Assembly: GCA_964539925.1 (NCBI GenBank)
Contig: CAZILB010000003.1
Coordinates: forward strand, 2,032-59,108
Length of the DNA stretch: 57,077 nt
Reading direction: 5' to 3'
From: an uncultured Syntrophobacter sp.
Lineage (GTDB): Bacteria; Desulfobacterota; Binatia; UBA9968
Shown: positions 20,129-30,492 of the stretch, piece by piece
Layout: every line of letters starts with the position of its first letter
Position numbering within the stretch: position 1 is the stretch's first letter
The notes under the pieces: model-generated
The model's database searches: none
Told to the model about the DNA's origin: nothing
The model's input: only the letters and a program-made list of their open reading frames with translations
Made by a program: the position numbers and the translations under genes

Positions 20129-20638
20129 TTAAGTGATCGGGTGCCTTTGCTGCGCGATGCGACCTTGCAATTCCATCAAACCGTCGAGCACGGCCTCCGG
20201 CCGGGGCGGACAACCGGGAACATAAACGTCGACGGGAATGATCCGGTCGATGCCTTGAACGGTAGCGTAGTTGTCGTAAAACCCGCCGCTTGCGGCGCAA
20301 GCGCCGAAAGCCATCACCCACTTCGGCTCGGACATCTGTTCGTAGACCCGCTTGAGAACCGGCGATAATTTGTGGTTCACGGTGCCGATCACCATCAAAA
20401 GGTCCGCCTGCCGGGGGCTGAAACGCGGTAAAAGGGCGCCAAACCTGTCGATGTCATAAGGCGACATCGACAGCGACATATACTCCATCGCACAGCAAGC
20501 CGTGGCAAACGGATAGGGAAACAAGGAATACTTGCGCGCCCAGCCGAGAGCCTTGTCGAGACGAGTGAGAACTACGGACTCTGCGAGGAGCTTGTCTTCC
20601 GCCGAACCGGACGCCGCTGATGAACTGGCTTGACTCAT
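20129..20638 (-). CDS. nuoB: NADH-quinone oxidoreductase subunit B, stand-alone
   Basis: TACCAME, SPRQADL, EPKWVMAFGACA, DVYVPGCPPRPE. Confidence 0.93.
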   Translation of the reverse strand: MSQASSSAASGSAEDKLLAESVVLTRLDKALGWARKYSLFPYPFATACCAMEYMSLSMSPYDIDRFGALLPRFSPRQADLLMVIGTVNHKLSPVLKRVYEQMSEPKWVMAFGACAASGGFYDNYATVQGIDRIIPVDVYVPGCPPRPEAVLDGLMELQGRIAQQRHPIT

Positions 20639-20886
20639 CTCAATCGGTCCTCAATTTCCCGCCGTCCCTAGCGTAGCGTGTTTTTTTCGGTTAAACAAAC
20701 CCGGAACGGTTCCGGTTGAAGACGGGACGGCAGCAGCCCGGCCACGATCTTGCAGACGTATCGAAGCGGCAACCGGGTAGACCGCCGAACTTCCGTAGTC
20801 GCCCTTTCCACCGGGGCGTCGCGCGCCGCTGTTTCCAAGGCCGCCGGCAATCGTGCCGCGGTCGAGCAACCACATACGGTAGGGCC

Positions 20887-21087
20887 TTAACGCTTCACCA
20901 CGTTAACGGCGTGCGGCCCTTTCGTCCCATCGCTGATTTCAAACTCGACGGCCTCGCCCTCGTTAAGAGTCTTGAAGCCATCGCCCTGGATCGCGCTGTA
21001 ATGGACGAAGACGTCGCCGCCGTCTTCCCTTTCAATGAAACCATAACCCTTCGAATTGTTGAACCACTTCACCTTTCCCGTCGCCAT
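20887..21087 (-). CDS. Cold-shock protein (CspA family)
   Basis: [32 protein letters not shown]. Confidence 0.96.
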   Translation of the reverse strand: MATGKVKWFNNSKGYGFIEREDGGDVFVHYSAIQGDGFKTLNEGEAVEFEISDGTKGPHAVNVVKR

Positions 21088-21278
21088 TATTGTCAAACCT
21101 CCTGGGGCTATCCCCGCGCCGATGCGCGCACTCACGAAATTCCGATCCCTCCCCCGTTTCGGCTCCGAGAGATTCCGACATCCACATCCTCGCTCCCGAA
21201 CCGCGTAAAGCGAAGTTCCTCGCCTGCCGCGGCGAAGGCGCCGGGTTGGGAAGAACTTTGCTCGATTCAGCGCGCGAG

Positions 21279-21306
21279 ATTAGATACGGGTCAGTCCTGT
21301 TGTCAA
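21279..21306 (-). promoter_or_regulatory. Putative sigma70 promoter of csp (long 5' UTR)
   Basis: Minus strand TTGACA-N16-TCTAAT, about 190 nt upstream of the csp ATG. Confidence 0.45.
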
Positions 21307-21533
21307 GAAAAAACTTGTCGCTAAAATGAAAAGATGAAACAGGCTCTATTAATTTTTGCTCCGGATCAAAGCGATGGAGAACGGAAGACCCAGGCCACAT
21401 CCATGGTCGATGGCGACATGGGACCCCCCCTTGGCCGCGAGCAAACGACAATGGGCGAAAAGCGGTCCCGCCGCGGCAAATGACTCGGCGGGGTTCGAAA
21501 TACCCACCGAAGGCTGTTATATCAATACATAAG

Positions 21534-21609
21534 ATTAGATAAAGAAGTATCTAATATTATTATAGTTTTATTCATAATACTTGACATCACTGCATTTTTT
21601 CCTTATACC
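21534..21609 (+). promoter_or_regulatory. AT-rich promoter region of thrB with operator-like inverted repeat
   Basis: ATTAGATA-aagaag-TATCTAAT (21534-21555), an AT-rich UP-like tract, then TTGACA(21581)-N17-TATACC. Confidence 0.6.
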
Positions 21610-21685
21610 TAAAGGGCTTAAGGCAAGTCGACGGATGTCGCTTGTGTGGGCACTTCGCGGGCTTTGCAGACCAAAAGGCTGGCCA

Positions 21686-22708
21686 ATGGCTATTTACACG
21701 ACGCTCTCCAAGAAGGACATTGTCAAAGTGGCGGACGAGTTCGCCTTGGGCGAGCTTGCTTCCTTCTCCGGCATCAAAAACGGTTCAGTCAACACTCATT
21801 ATCTCATAGAAACCAAAAGGGGCCGCTATTTTGCCAAGATCGATGAAGTCAAGAGCGAGCTTGAGGTAAAACAGGAACTCGACTTGCTGTTTCATCTCAG
21901 GAAACAGAGCTTCCCCTGCCCGCAGCCATTGAAGAGCAAGAACGGACGGTTCCATCTCGAATTACAAGGCAAGTGCCTGACCGTGAGCCGCTTCATTGAG
22001 GGTTCCGAGATCCCCGTCGCGGCGATGACCGCGTCTCACTTAACCGCGCTCGGCCATGCCTTAGCGAATCTGCACCTCCTCGGACGCAGTTACAAAAAGG
22101 GAATTGACAATCGTTTTGGCTTCAATCGAATTGCCGCGACCTACCGAGAAGTGCGCCGGCAGATGCCTTCGCATTTGAAAAACATCATTCGCGTGCTGGA
22201 CGATGAATTTTCCTACTTGGAGAATTACCTTGACAATAATCTGCCGAAAGGAATCATTCACGGCGATTTGTTTGCGGATAATGTCAAATTCAAGGGCAGC
22301 CGGCTTACGGGGGTCATGGATTTTGAGGCCGCGTGTCGCGGCAAGCTGATTTACGACCTCGCGACCGCAGTAAACGCCCTCTGCTTTCTTGAGGAGCGTT
22401 ATCGTATCGATCGATTCGAAGCCTTGATATCCGGTTACGAGAGCCTGCGGCCGTTGTCTCTTCCCGAATGGGACTCCTTTCCCAATGAGTTGCGCTTTTC
22501 CGCCCTTCGTTTTACGGTGACACGGATCAAGGATTTCTTTTTGCGACAGGTGGATGAAAATCAGCGAATCTATAAAGACTTCAAGGAATTTTACGAGCGC
22601 TTGCTGATTCTTCGGCGGGAGAAAAGCGGCGGCATGGAAGATATTTTGCTTGCCATGGCGACGGGATACGATTATCGCAAATATCAGAAATCGAAGCCTT
22701 CAAAATAG
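21686..22708 (+). CDS. thrB: Homoserine kinase, type II (APH fold)
   Basis: MAIYT, GIKNGSVNTHY, GIIHGDLFADNV, MDFEAA, YDLA, ALRF. Confidence 0.85.
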   Translation: MAIYTTLSKKDIVKVADEFALGELASFSGIKNGSVNTHYLIETKRGRYFAKIDEVKSELEVKQELDLLFHLRKQSFPCPQPLKSKNGRFHLELQGKCLTVSRFIEGSEIPVAAMTASHLTALGHALANLHLLGRSYKKGIDNRFGFNRIAATYREVRRQMPSHLKNIIRVLDDEFSYLENYLDNNLPKGIIHGDLFADNVKFKGSRLTGVMDFEAACRGKLIYDLATAVNALCFLEERYRIDRFEALISGYESLRPLSLPEWDSFPNELRFSALRFTVTRIKDFFLRQVDENQRIYKDFKEFYERLLILRREKSGGMEDILLAMATGYDYRKYQKSKPSK

Positions 22709-22737
22709 CGCAAAGTGACCCGCCACGGCTTCTGACG

Positions 22738-23124
22738 TCAAGTGACTTCGGCAAGTTTTTCCAGATTCTGGCGGGCATCCCGGCGGATGAGTCGGACCAG
22801 CGCGGTGACCATCAGCGCGATGCCCAGCAGAAAAAGCAACCTGCCCCCTGTCAGGACCACATAGAAAAAATTAAGCTTTACTCTTGCGGCGTTGTATTTT
22901 TCCCTGTCTTCCGTAATGCGCCGCAGCACTTCTTCGCTTTTCTGATAGTCGAGCTGTTGAAAGCTACGATACGATTCTTCCAGCCCCGTTTGCGTGGTTT
23001 TGTAGAGCAGACTTTGGTATTTTTGGGTTTCGACGGCCCCGACTGTCCAGTTTCCCACGCCCATGACCGCGCATAGCAGCCCGGACATCATAAGATAACT
23101 GGCGCAAAGATCCCGTGCCTTCAT
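22738..23124 (-). CDS. Hypothetical two-TM membrane protein
   Basis: Two hydrophobic helices flanking a helical loop; GGAG RBS. Confidence 0.7.
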   Translation of the reverse strand: MKARDLCASYLMMSGLLCAVMGVGNWTVGAVETQKYQSLLYKTTQTGLEESYRSFQQLDYQKSEEVLRRITEDREKYNAARVKLNFFYVVLTGGRLLFLLGIALMVTALVRLIRRDARQNLEKLAEVT

Positions 23125-23217
23125 GGACAGCTCCCAGGGTTAAGATAGCGGGTCGGCGAAGGTAATGCCAGCATGGGGGGCCGAATCGTTGCACCCGTCC
23201 AAAGAGTAGCTTAGGAT

Positions 23218-23955
23218 TTGATGCCTATGAGGCGCTTTGTCATTGGCGACATCCACGGATGCGCCGACGAACTCCGCACGCTGCTTGATGCGCTGCCGCT
23301 TGCGAGCGGCGAGCGGGTGGTTTTCCTCGGCGACTATATTGATCGCGGACCTCATTCGAAAGAGGTTGTCGAATTCCTTTTGTCGCTGCAGAAAAACGCG
23401 CCGGATGTCGATTTCATCTTTCTCAAGGGCAACCATGAGGACATGCTGTTGTCCTATCTCGGTATGGACGGTGCCCATGGAAATATGTTCCTGGTCAATG
23501 GCGGGAAAGCAACCCTGGCCAGTTACGGCCTCAACGAACGGCAGATGGCCCCCGCGGAAGGCCTGCGGGCCATTCCTGAAGAACATCTGGAATTCTACCA
23601 GAGGCTGCGGTCGCATTATTTGATGGATCCGTTTTTGTGCGTGCACGCGGGGATTCATCCGCAAAAAACCCTGGCGAATCAAACCCCGGATGACTTGTTG
23701 TGGATCAGAAATAAATTTATCTTGAGTCGCCATGGGCTGCCGCAAACGGTCCTGTTCGGCCATACCCCGCAGCAGAGCGTGCTCTATGATCTTCCTTACA
23801 AGGTCGGCTTAGACACCGGACTCGTTTACGGTAACATGTTGACATGTATCGAGCTAGATGAGAAAGTTCTGTTCCAGATCGGCCGCGGCAAAAAGGCGGT
23901 TAAGCGAACTTCCGTTCAACCGATTTGGCATCCGCCCGCAGATTATCACCGTTAG
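23218..23955 (+). CDS. Ser/Thr protein phosphatase-like metallophosphoesterase (PPP family)
   Basis: GDIHG, GDYIDRG, GNHE, HAG, FGHT, DTG. Confidence 0.92.
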   Translation: MMPMRRFVIGDIHGCADELRTLLDALPLASGERVVFLGDYIDRGPHSKEVVEFLLSLQKNAPDVDFIFLKGNHEDMLLSYLGMDGAHGNMFLVNGGKATLASYGLNERQMAPAEGLRAIPEEHLEFYQRLRSHYLMDPFLCVHAGIHPQKTLANQTPDDLLWIRNKFILSRHGLPQTVLFGHTPQQSVLYDLPYKVGLDTGLVYGNMLTCIELDEKVLFQIGRGKKAVKRTSVQPIWHPPADYHR

Positions 23956-23995
23956 ACCGGTCGTAGCCTGATCCCAACCTGCCTGGCATTTTTTC

Positions 23996-24072
23996 GGCGG
24001 TGTAGCTCAGTTGGTCAGAGCACGCGGCTCATATCCGCGGCGTCGTAGGTTCGATTCCTACCACCGCCACCA
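23996..24072 (+). tRNA. tRNA with CAT anticodon, most likely elongator Met
   Basis: Acceptor GGCGGTG/CACCGCC (paired 1:72, so not an initiator), CGCGG-CTCATAT-CCGCG, GGTTCGATTCC, CCA. Confidence 0.93.
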
Positions 24073-24178
24073 ACTTTTTTTTCAAGTTTTTACGCCCGCC
24101 GGCGGCGGAACCGCTTTTAGCGTCCCGGATTATGCGCCGGTTAGGCACGTTCCCGCCAGGAACTTCAAATGCGTTCGC

Positions 24179-24898
24179 TTAGAATTTTTCCAGCCACTCG
24201 CGTTGCCGGTAGCGCGTACGAGCCAATCGTTCGATGGCATCCCAGGGTACGCCCGTGAGCTCGCCATCGGCCGCCCACGCCTCGATCAATCCGCCGCGCA
24301 TTTCGTGCGAAGCCAGTTTGAGATTGACGACAAAGTCGGCATGGGCCCGCTGCCGGCGGTACTCCGGCTCCCTCTCCGGCATCGAGAGGCAACGTTCGAT
24401 CAAGGGCAACTCAAAATCCAGCAAGAAAGTTCCATGCACAAGCACCCAGGTCCGTTTGCGGTACTGCGAATTGCCGGAGAACTTGCGCCCCCCCGTTGTC
24501 AGATCGCTGATCCCCTCGATGCTTACCTTTACGTCCGTTAATTTTTCGATAAGTCCTCGATGCCGCCCCAAGACATGCCTAAATGTCTCACCGACCGACC
24601 CGATCCTCTCCGCGTGGGCATTGACAATCAGCGAATAATTGAGACATCCCGGCCCTTGTACCACCGCGCCGCCGCCGCTCAGGCGGCGCAACACCGGAAT
24701 TCCCGCCGCCGCGCACGCCGGCAAGCGCGCTTCCAAATGAAGTTTGTTTGAATGGCCGAGGACGACGAAGGGCCGTGGGGCCTGCCAGATGCGCAGCACC
24801 GGTTCTTTCATTCGGCCTGCCTCAAACAAGCTCAAAATCGCTTCGTCGCATGCGAGGTTGCTCGCGGGATCGGCAAAACTCAGATCGAGATATTTCAT
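24179..24898 (-). CDS. lplA: Lipoate-protein ligase A family protein
   Basis: NLACDE, VLRRLSGGGAV, RKFSGNSQ, HGT; divergent from the PDH operon. Confidence 0.88.
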   Translation of the reverse strand: MKYLDLSFADPASNLACDEAILSLFEAGRMKEPVLRIWQAPRPFVVLGHSNKLHLEARLPACAAAGIPVLRRLSGGGAVVQGPGCLNYSLIVNAHAERIGSVGETFRHVLGRHRGLIEKLTDVKVSIEGISDLTTGGRKFSGNSQYRKRTWVLVHGTFLLDFELPLIERCLSMPEREPEYRRQRAHADFVVNLKLASHEMRGGLIEAWAADGELTGVPWDAIERLARTRYRQREWLEKF

Positions 24899-24959
24899 TG
24901 CGCTCAGTTGATTTTGCGGGCGTTTTGTTGTCTGTTAAAAACTTAAGGAGCGAGCGTAC

Positions 24960-27680
24960 ATGGAACCCGAAAAAAAAGAACTTAGCACCGGGAGCTCGAT
25001 CAATGGCGATCACGAGAACAACAAAGGCCCCAGAAACGACCGCCACAAATGGATCGCATCGCTCGAATTTATTCTCGATTATATTTTAAGAAACGAGCAA
25101 TCGGAACAGGCCACTCGCTTGATCGAGGAGCTGACCGACCGTTTGCGCGATTCCGGTCTCAAGATTCCGCAGTCGGTGAGCACGCCTTATATCAACACGA
25201 TCCCGCCGGAAAGAGAGCCCCCCTATCCCGGCAACCGCGAAATCGAGCGGCGTATCAAGAGCTATGTGCGCTGGAATGCCATGGCCATGGTGGTAAAAGC
25301 CAACCGCATTCATCCAGATATCGGGGGCCATATTTCCACCTACGCCTCCTCCGCGACCCTGTACGAAGTGGGCCACAATCATTTTTTTCGCGGCGGCGAC
25401 GGCGAGAGCGCCGCTGACATGATTTATTTTCAAGGCCACGCCTCCCCCGGAGCCTACTCGCGGGCTTACGTGGAGTGGCGCATCAACGCGCCCAAACTGC
25501 ATCATTTTCGCCAGGAGCTTTCCGCCGTCGGCGGAGTTTCATCCTACCCGCATCCTTACCTGATGCCCGACTTCTGGCAGTTTCCATCCGTCTCCATGGG
25601 CCTCGCGCCGATCATGTCGATCTACCAGGCGCGCTTCCTGCGCTACCTTAAGAGCCGGGGTTTGCTGACCGGCGAAGAGCCGCGCGTCTGGTGTTTTCCC
25701 GGCGACGGCGAGATGGACGAGCCGGAATCTTCCGGCGCTTTGACGTTGGCGTCGCGCGAAAATCTCGACAATCTTATCTGGGTCGTGAATTGCAATTTGC
25801 AGCGCCTCGACGGCCCCGTCCGGGGCAACGGCAAAATTATTCAGGAGCTCGAGGCGCTTTTCCGCGGCGCCGGGTGGAATGTCATCAAGGTCATTTGGGG
25901 CTCGGATTGGGATGCGCTGCTGCAAGCCGACGACAAAGGCCTTCTGCTCAAGCGCATGGAGGAGGTCGTCGACGGCGACTATCAGAAGTATTCCGTCGAG
26001 CCCGGAAGCTACACCCGCAAACAATTCTTCGGGAAATACCCCGAACTTTTGGCGATGGTCAATCATCTGACCGACGATCAAATCCGCAAGCTTCTCCGCG
26101 GCGGCCACGACCCCATGAAAGTATACGCCGCGTATAAAGCCGCCGTCGAGCACAAAGGCGGGCCGACGGTGATCCTGGCCAAGACCGTCAAGGGCTACGG
26201 TCTGGGCGAAGCCGGCGAAGGCCGAAATGTCACCCATCAACAGAAGAAATTGAACGAGCGCGAGCTGCGCGAGTTCCGCACCCGCTTCGACATACCATTG
26301 CCCGACGAAGAAGTGGTCGAGGCGCCTTTCTACCGACCGCCGCTCGATAGCCCGGAGACCCAATATCTGCTCGAGCGTCGCAAGCAATTGCGCGGCTTCG
26401 TTCCTCAACGCAGGGTCAGGACCAAGCCCTTGGGCTTGCCGGGGGACGCCGATTACGCGGAACTCCTCAAAGGTTCCGGCGAGCACTCCATGTCGACGAC
26501 CATGGCGGCGGTGAGGCTATTGAGCAAGCTGCTGCGCCATGAGGATTTTGGCCGGCACATTGTGCCGATCATCCCCGATGAGGCGCGAACCTTCGGCATG
26601 GATTCCCTGTTTCGCCAAGTCGGCATTTATTCTCCCAAAGGCCAGCTTTACGAGCCCGTGGACCGGGAGACCCTGCTTTTCTACAACGAGGCCAAGGACG
26701 GACAGATTCTTGAGGAAGGGATCACCGAAGCCGGGTCCATGTCCTCCTTCATTGCTGCCGGGACCGCCTACGCGAACCTCGGCGTCGACATGGTGCCTTT
26801 TTACTTTTACTACTCCATGTTCGGCTTCCAGCGCATCGGCGATCTGATCTGGGCCGCGGCGGACAGCAAGGCCAAAGGCTTTCTACTCGGCGCCACCGCC
26901 GGCCGCACGACGCTTAACGGCGAAGGGTTGCAACACCAAGATGGCCACAGCCACTTGCTGGCCAGCACCGTTCCGACATTGTTCACCTACGATGCCGCAT
27001 TCGGCTATGAAATCGCCCATATCATTAGAGACGGCCTGCGCCGCCTTTATGCCGAGGGCGAAGAATATTTTTATTATCTGACGCTTTACAATGAAAGCTA
27101 CAACATGCCGGTAATGCCGCCGGGCGTCGAAGAGGGAATTCTTAAAGGTCTGTACCGATTCAAGCCCGCGAGCAAAGGAAAGAAATTCAAGGCGCATATC
27201 CTTGGCAGCGGCCCGCTACTGCGCGAAGCGCTTCGCGCTCAGGAGCTGTTGGCCGAGCAGTTCGACGTGTCGGCCGACGTCTGGAGCGCGACCAGTTATA
27301 AACTGTTGCGCGGCGATGCACTCCGAATCAAACGCTGGAACATGCTCCACCCCACCGCGGCGCCGAAGAAATCCTACCTCGAATCCGTTCTACAAGACGA
27401 GGAAGGAGCTTTTGTCGCGGTGTCGGACTACATGAAAATGGTTCCGGACCAGATCGCTCCGTGGGTCCCCGGCGGCCTGCTGAGTCTCGGCACGGATGGT
27501 TTCGGGCGCAGCGACACGCGGATCAATCTCAGGAGATTTTTTGAGGTCGATGCCGAGATGACCACGGTCGCAACCCTCTACGCGCTCTATCAAAAAGGCT
27601 TATTGCCGGCACAAACGGTCGAAGAAGCTATCAAAAAACTCGGTATCGACGCGGAAAAGTCATTCCCCTTCTACCTCTAG
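24960..27680 (+). CDS. aceE: Pyruvate dehydrogenase E1, homodimeric type
   Basis: RWNAMAMV, SSYPHP, GDGEMDE..NCNLQRLDG (TPP motif), PDEARTFG, GEGLQH. Confidence 0.97.
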   Translation: MEPEKKELSTGSSINGDHENNKGPRNDRHKWIASLEFILDYILRNEQSEQATRLIEELTDRLRDSGLKIPQSVSTPYINTIPPEREPPYPGNREIERRIKSYVRWNAMAMVVKANRIHPDIGGHISTYASSATLYEVGHNHFFRGGDGESAADMIYFQGHASPGAYSRAYVEWRINAPKLHHFRQELSAVGGVSSYPHPYLMPDFWQFPSVSMGLAPIMSIYQARFLRYLKSRGLLTGEEPRVWCFPGDGEMDEPESSGALTLASRENLDNLIWVVNCNLQRLDGPVRGNGKIIQELEALFRGAGWNVIKVIWGSDWDALLQADDKGLLLKRMEEVVDGDYQKYSVEPGSYTRKQFFGKYPELLAMVNHLTDDQIRKLLRGGHDPMKVYAAYKAAVEHKGGPTVILAKTVKGYGLGEAGEGRNVTHQQKKLNERELREFRTRFDIPLPDEEVVEAPFYRPPLDSPETQYLLERRKQLRGFVPQRRVRTKPLGLPGDADYAELLKGSGEHSMSTTMAAVRLLSKLLRHEDFGRHIVPIIPDEARTFGMDSLFRQVGIYSPKGQLYEPVDRETLLFYNEAKDGQILEEGITEAGSMSSFIAAGTAYANLGVDMVPFYFYYSMFGFQRIGDLIWAAADSKAKGFLLGATAGRTTLNGEGLQHQDGHSHLLASTVPTLFTYDAAFGYEIAHIIRDGLRRLYAEGEEYFYYLTLYNESYNMPVMPPGVEEGILKGLYRFKPASKGKKFKAHILGSGPLLREALRAQELLAEQFDVSADVWSATSYKLLRGDALRIKRWNMLHPTAAPKKSYLESVLQDEEGAFVAVSDYMKMVPDQIAPWVPGGLLSLGTDGFGRSDTRINLRRFFEVDAEMTTVATLYALYQKGLLPAQTVEEAIKKLGIDAEKSFPFYL

Positions 27681-27704
27681 AGAATCAACTCGAGCAATTC
27701 CTCC

Positions 27705-29012
27705 ATGGACGTCAAACTTCCACAGCTTGCTGAAGGCGTAGAGTCCGGCACAGTGGTCGGCATCCTGGTTGCCGAAGGGCAGGAAATCAAGAAAGACCAG
27801 CCGATCATGGAGTTGGAAACGCAGAAGGCGGTAGGCTCCATCCCCGCTCCCGCGGCCGGCATCGTCACGAAGGTCCACGTCAAACAGGGCATGGAAGTGT
27901 CGGTAGGCCAGACGCTGATCAGCGTCGACACCGGCTCCAGCGCGCCGGCCGCTTCGCCCTCCGTAGCCAGAGAGCCGCAAGCCGCCGACCACGGCTCATC
28001 GCCAACCTCAACCACAAATGAACCGCGCGGCCCGACCGAATCGCCCTCGGCGCCGGCCGACTTTCAATACGCATCCAAGACTGGGGCTCCGCCGCCGGCG
28101 CCACCATCGATCCGAAAGATTGCCCGCGAGCTGGACATCGACTTGACGCGCATTCGCGGCAGCGAGGCGGGCGGCCGCATCACGCTCGCCGACGTGCGCG
28201 CCTACATACAACGGCTGCAGCAACTCGCGGCGCAGGCGGCGCCCGCAACGGCCGCGGCGCAAACGACTCGCGCTGCGGCTGCCGAAGCGATCGACTTTGC
28301 CAAATGGGGCCCGATCCGGCGCGAGAAGTTGTCCCCGCTCCGTCGTACGGTCAGCCGTCGCATGGTGGAGTCGTGGACGTCGATACCCAAGATCAATCAA
28401 TTTGCCGACGCCGATATCACGGCGCTTATGGCGCTGCGCAGGAAACACGCGCCGGCTTACGAGAAAAAGGGCGGCCGCTTGACGCTCACGTCGTTTTTGC
28501 TCGTTGTGCTTGGCCGCGCCCTGCAGAAGCACCCGCGCGCCAACGCCAGCCTGGACGAAACGGCTCAGGAGATTATTTACAAAGACCACTGCCATATTGG
28601 TGTCGCCGTGGATACCGAAAGCGGCCTGATCGTGCCAATCTTGCGCGATGTCGATAAAAAGAACGTATTGCAGCTTTCCGAGGAACTGCACGAGCTTACC
28701 GAGAAAACGCGCCAGCGCAAGGTGGCCCTAGAAGAACTTCAAGGCGGCACGTTTACCATATCCAATCAGGGGAGCATCGGCGGCAGCCACTTTACGCCGA
28801 TCATCTACGCACCGCAGGTCGCCATTCTAGGCGTCGGACGAAGCGAGGAGAAAGCGGTAGTCGTCGACGGCAAAATCGCCGTTCGAAGCATTCTGCCGCT
28901 CTGCCTCGCCTATGATCACCGCGTTCTCGACGGCGCCGACGCGGTGCGCTTCCTCAAAGACGTGATCGCCGCACTGGAGGCCTTCGACGAATCGGTGTTA
29001 AAGCTTAAGTAG
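27705..29012 (+). CDS. aceF: Dihydrolipoamide acetyltransferase E2 with one lipoyl domain
   Basis: Lipoyl domain ETQKA, E3-binding domain GSEAGGRI, catalytic DHRVLDG. Confidence 0.93.
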   Translation: MDVKLPQLAEGVESGTVVGILVAEGQEIKKDQPIMELETQKAVGSIPAPAAGIVTKVHVKQGMEVSVGQTLISVDTGSSAPAASPSVAREPQAADHGSSPTSTTNEPRGPTESPSAPADFQYASKTGAPPPAPPSIRKIARELDIDLTRIRGSEAGGRITLADVRAYIQRLQQLAAQAAPATAAAQTTRAAAAEAIDFAKWGPIRREKLSPLRRTVSRRMVESWTSIPKINQFADADITALMALRRKHAPAYEKKGGRLTLTSFLLVVLGRALQKHPRANASLDETAQEIIYKDHCHIGVAVDTESGLIVPILRDVDKKNVLQLSEELHELTEKTRQRKVALEELQGGTFTISNQGSIGGSHFTPIIYAPQVAILGVGRSEEKAVVVDGKIAVRSILPLCLAYDHRVLDGADAVRFLKDVIAALEAFDESVLKLK

Positions 29013-29021
29013 AAATCTTCT

Positions 29022-30440
29022 ATGGAACCGATCACGACCGAAATTTTAGTTTTGGGGGCGGGGCCCGGGGGATACACGGCCGCATTTTACGCCGCCGACA
29101 AGGGCAAAAAAGTTACCCTCGTCGAACAGAACCCGCGGCTCGGCGGCGTCTGCATGAACGTCGGCTGCATCCCATCCAAAGCCCTGCTCCACGCCACAGC
29201 CCTGCTGCGGGAGGCGAAAGAATCAACACGCCGCGGGATTGAATTTGGCGCGCCCAACATCGACCTCGACAAGCTGCGGGCATGGAAAGAATCGATACTC
29301 GAAAAACTCGGCCAGGGCATTAAAACCTTGGCGCAACATCGCGGCGTCGAGATCGTCCACGGACGAGGCCACTTCGAAGATTCGCACACGTTGCGCGTTG
29401 AGACTGAGGCTGGACAAAAGTTCATCCGCTACGATAAGGCGGTCATAGCGGTCGGCTCCAAACCCGCCATGCCCAATGCTTTCGATCTGGGCAACCGGCG
29501 GATCATGACCTCCACCGAGGCCTTGGAGTTGCCCGATATTCCACAAAACCTGCTGGTCGTCGGCGGCGGATATATCGGCATGGAGCTCGGTACCGTTTAT
29601 GCAGCCCTTGGCAGCCATGTCGTGGTGATCGAGGCCCTGCCCTCGATACTCGCCGGCGTGGACTCCGATCTGGTGCGGCCGGTGATGCGGGTCGCGCAAA
29701 AGACTTTCAAGGAAATTCGTCTCAACACCAAAGTTTTGAAAATGGCCACCGCCGGCAAACAGATCAAAGTCACTATGGAGACAAACAAGGAGCCGCGCGA
29801 GGAGCTTTTCGACCGCGTGCTTGTCAGCGTCGGCCGTGCGCCCAACTATACCGATCTGGGGCTGCAAAACACCAAAGTGACCAAGGACGACAAAGGCTTC
29901 ATTCATTGCAACGCCCAGCAGCAGACCGACGATCCGAACATCTACGCCATCGGCGACGTCAATGGCGGTGCGCTGCTCGCCCATCGGGCTTCTAAGGAAG
30001 CGAAGATCGCCGTCGAAGCCATGCTCGAGGAAGCGAGCGCCTTCGACAACGTCGTCATCCCCGCGGTGGTTTTTACCGATCCGGAGGTCGCCTGGTGCGG
30101 TCTCACGGAATCGCAGGCGAAAGAAAAAGGGATCGAAGTCCGTGTGGCCAAATTTCTCTGGGGAGCTTCCGGCCGCGCCCTTACCCTCGATCGGCCCGAC
30201 GGCCTCACCAAGCTCATTATCGAACCCGACACCGAGCGCATTGTCGGCGTCGGCATCGCCGGCGCCGGCGCCGGCGAACTGATTAGCGAAGGCGTCCTGG
30301 CGGTCGAGATGGGGGCTACGGCGCGCGATCTCGCCGAATCGGTTCACCCCCATCCCACCCTCTCCGAAACCCTGATGGAAGCGGCCGAGTCTTTTTACGG
30401 AACGGCGACGCACATCCTTTCCCGGCGCCCCGGCTCCTGA
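29022..30440 (+). CDS. lpdA: Dihydrolipoyl dehydrogenase E3
   Basis: GAGPGGY, GGVCMNVGCIPSK, GGGYIG, HPHPTLSE. Confidence 0.97.
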   Translation: MEPITTEILVLGAGPGGYTAAFYAADKGKKVTLVEQNPRLGGVCMNVGCIPSKALLHATALLREAKESTRRGIEFGAPNIDLDKLRAWKESILEKLGQGIKTLAQHRGVEIVHGRGHFEDSHTLRVETEAGQKFIRYDKAVIAVGSKPAMPNAFDLGNRRIMTSTEALELPDIPQNLLVVGGGYIGMELGTVYAALGSHVVVIEALPSILAGVDSDLVRPVMRVAQKTFKEIRLNTKVLKMATAGKQIKVTMETNKEPREELFDRVLVSVGRAPNYTDLGLQNTKVTKDDKGFIHCNAQQQTDDPNIYAIGDVNGGALLAHRASKEAKIAVEAMLEEASAFDNVVIPAVVFTDPEVAWCGLTESQAKEKGIEVRVAKFLWGASGRALTLDRPDGLTKLIIEPDTERIVGVGIAGAGAGELISEGVLAVEMGATARDLAESVHPHPTLSETLMEAAESFYGTATHILSRRPGS

Positions 30441-30492
30441 CCTGATCCGTTTGCCGGTATTTTTCATGCTCCAAGGAAAAGCGGCATCGTCG

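Noticed and set aside
21485-21510. T-arm-like hairpin GGGGTTCGAAATACCC as a tRNA remnant or att site
   Set aside because: No acceptor stem, D arm or CCA, and no match to either tRNA in the window
15416-24072. Genomic island integrated at tRNA-Leu or tRNA-Met
   Set aside because: No integrase and no duplicated tRNA 3' end seen; the intervening genes are housekeeping-like
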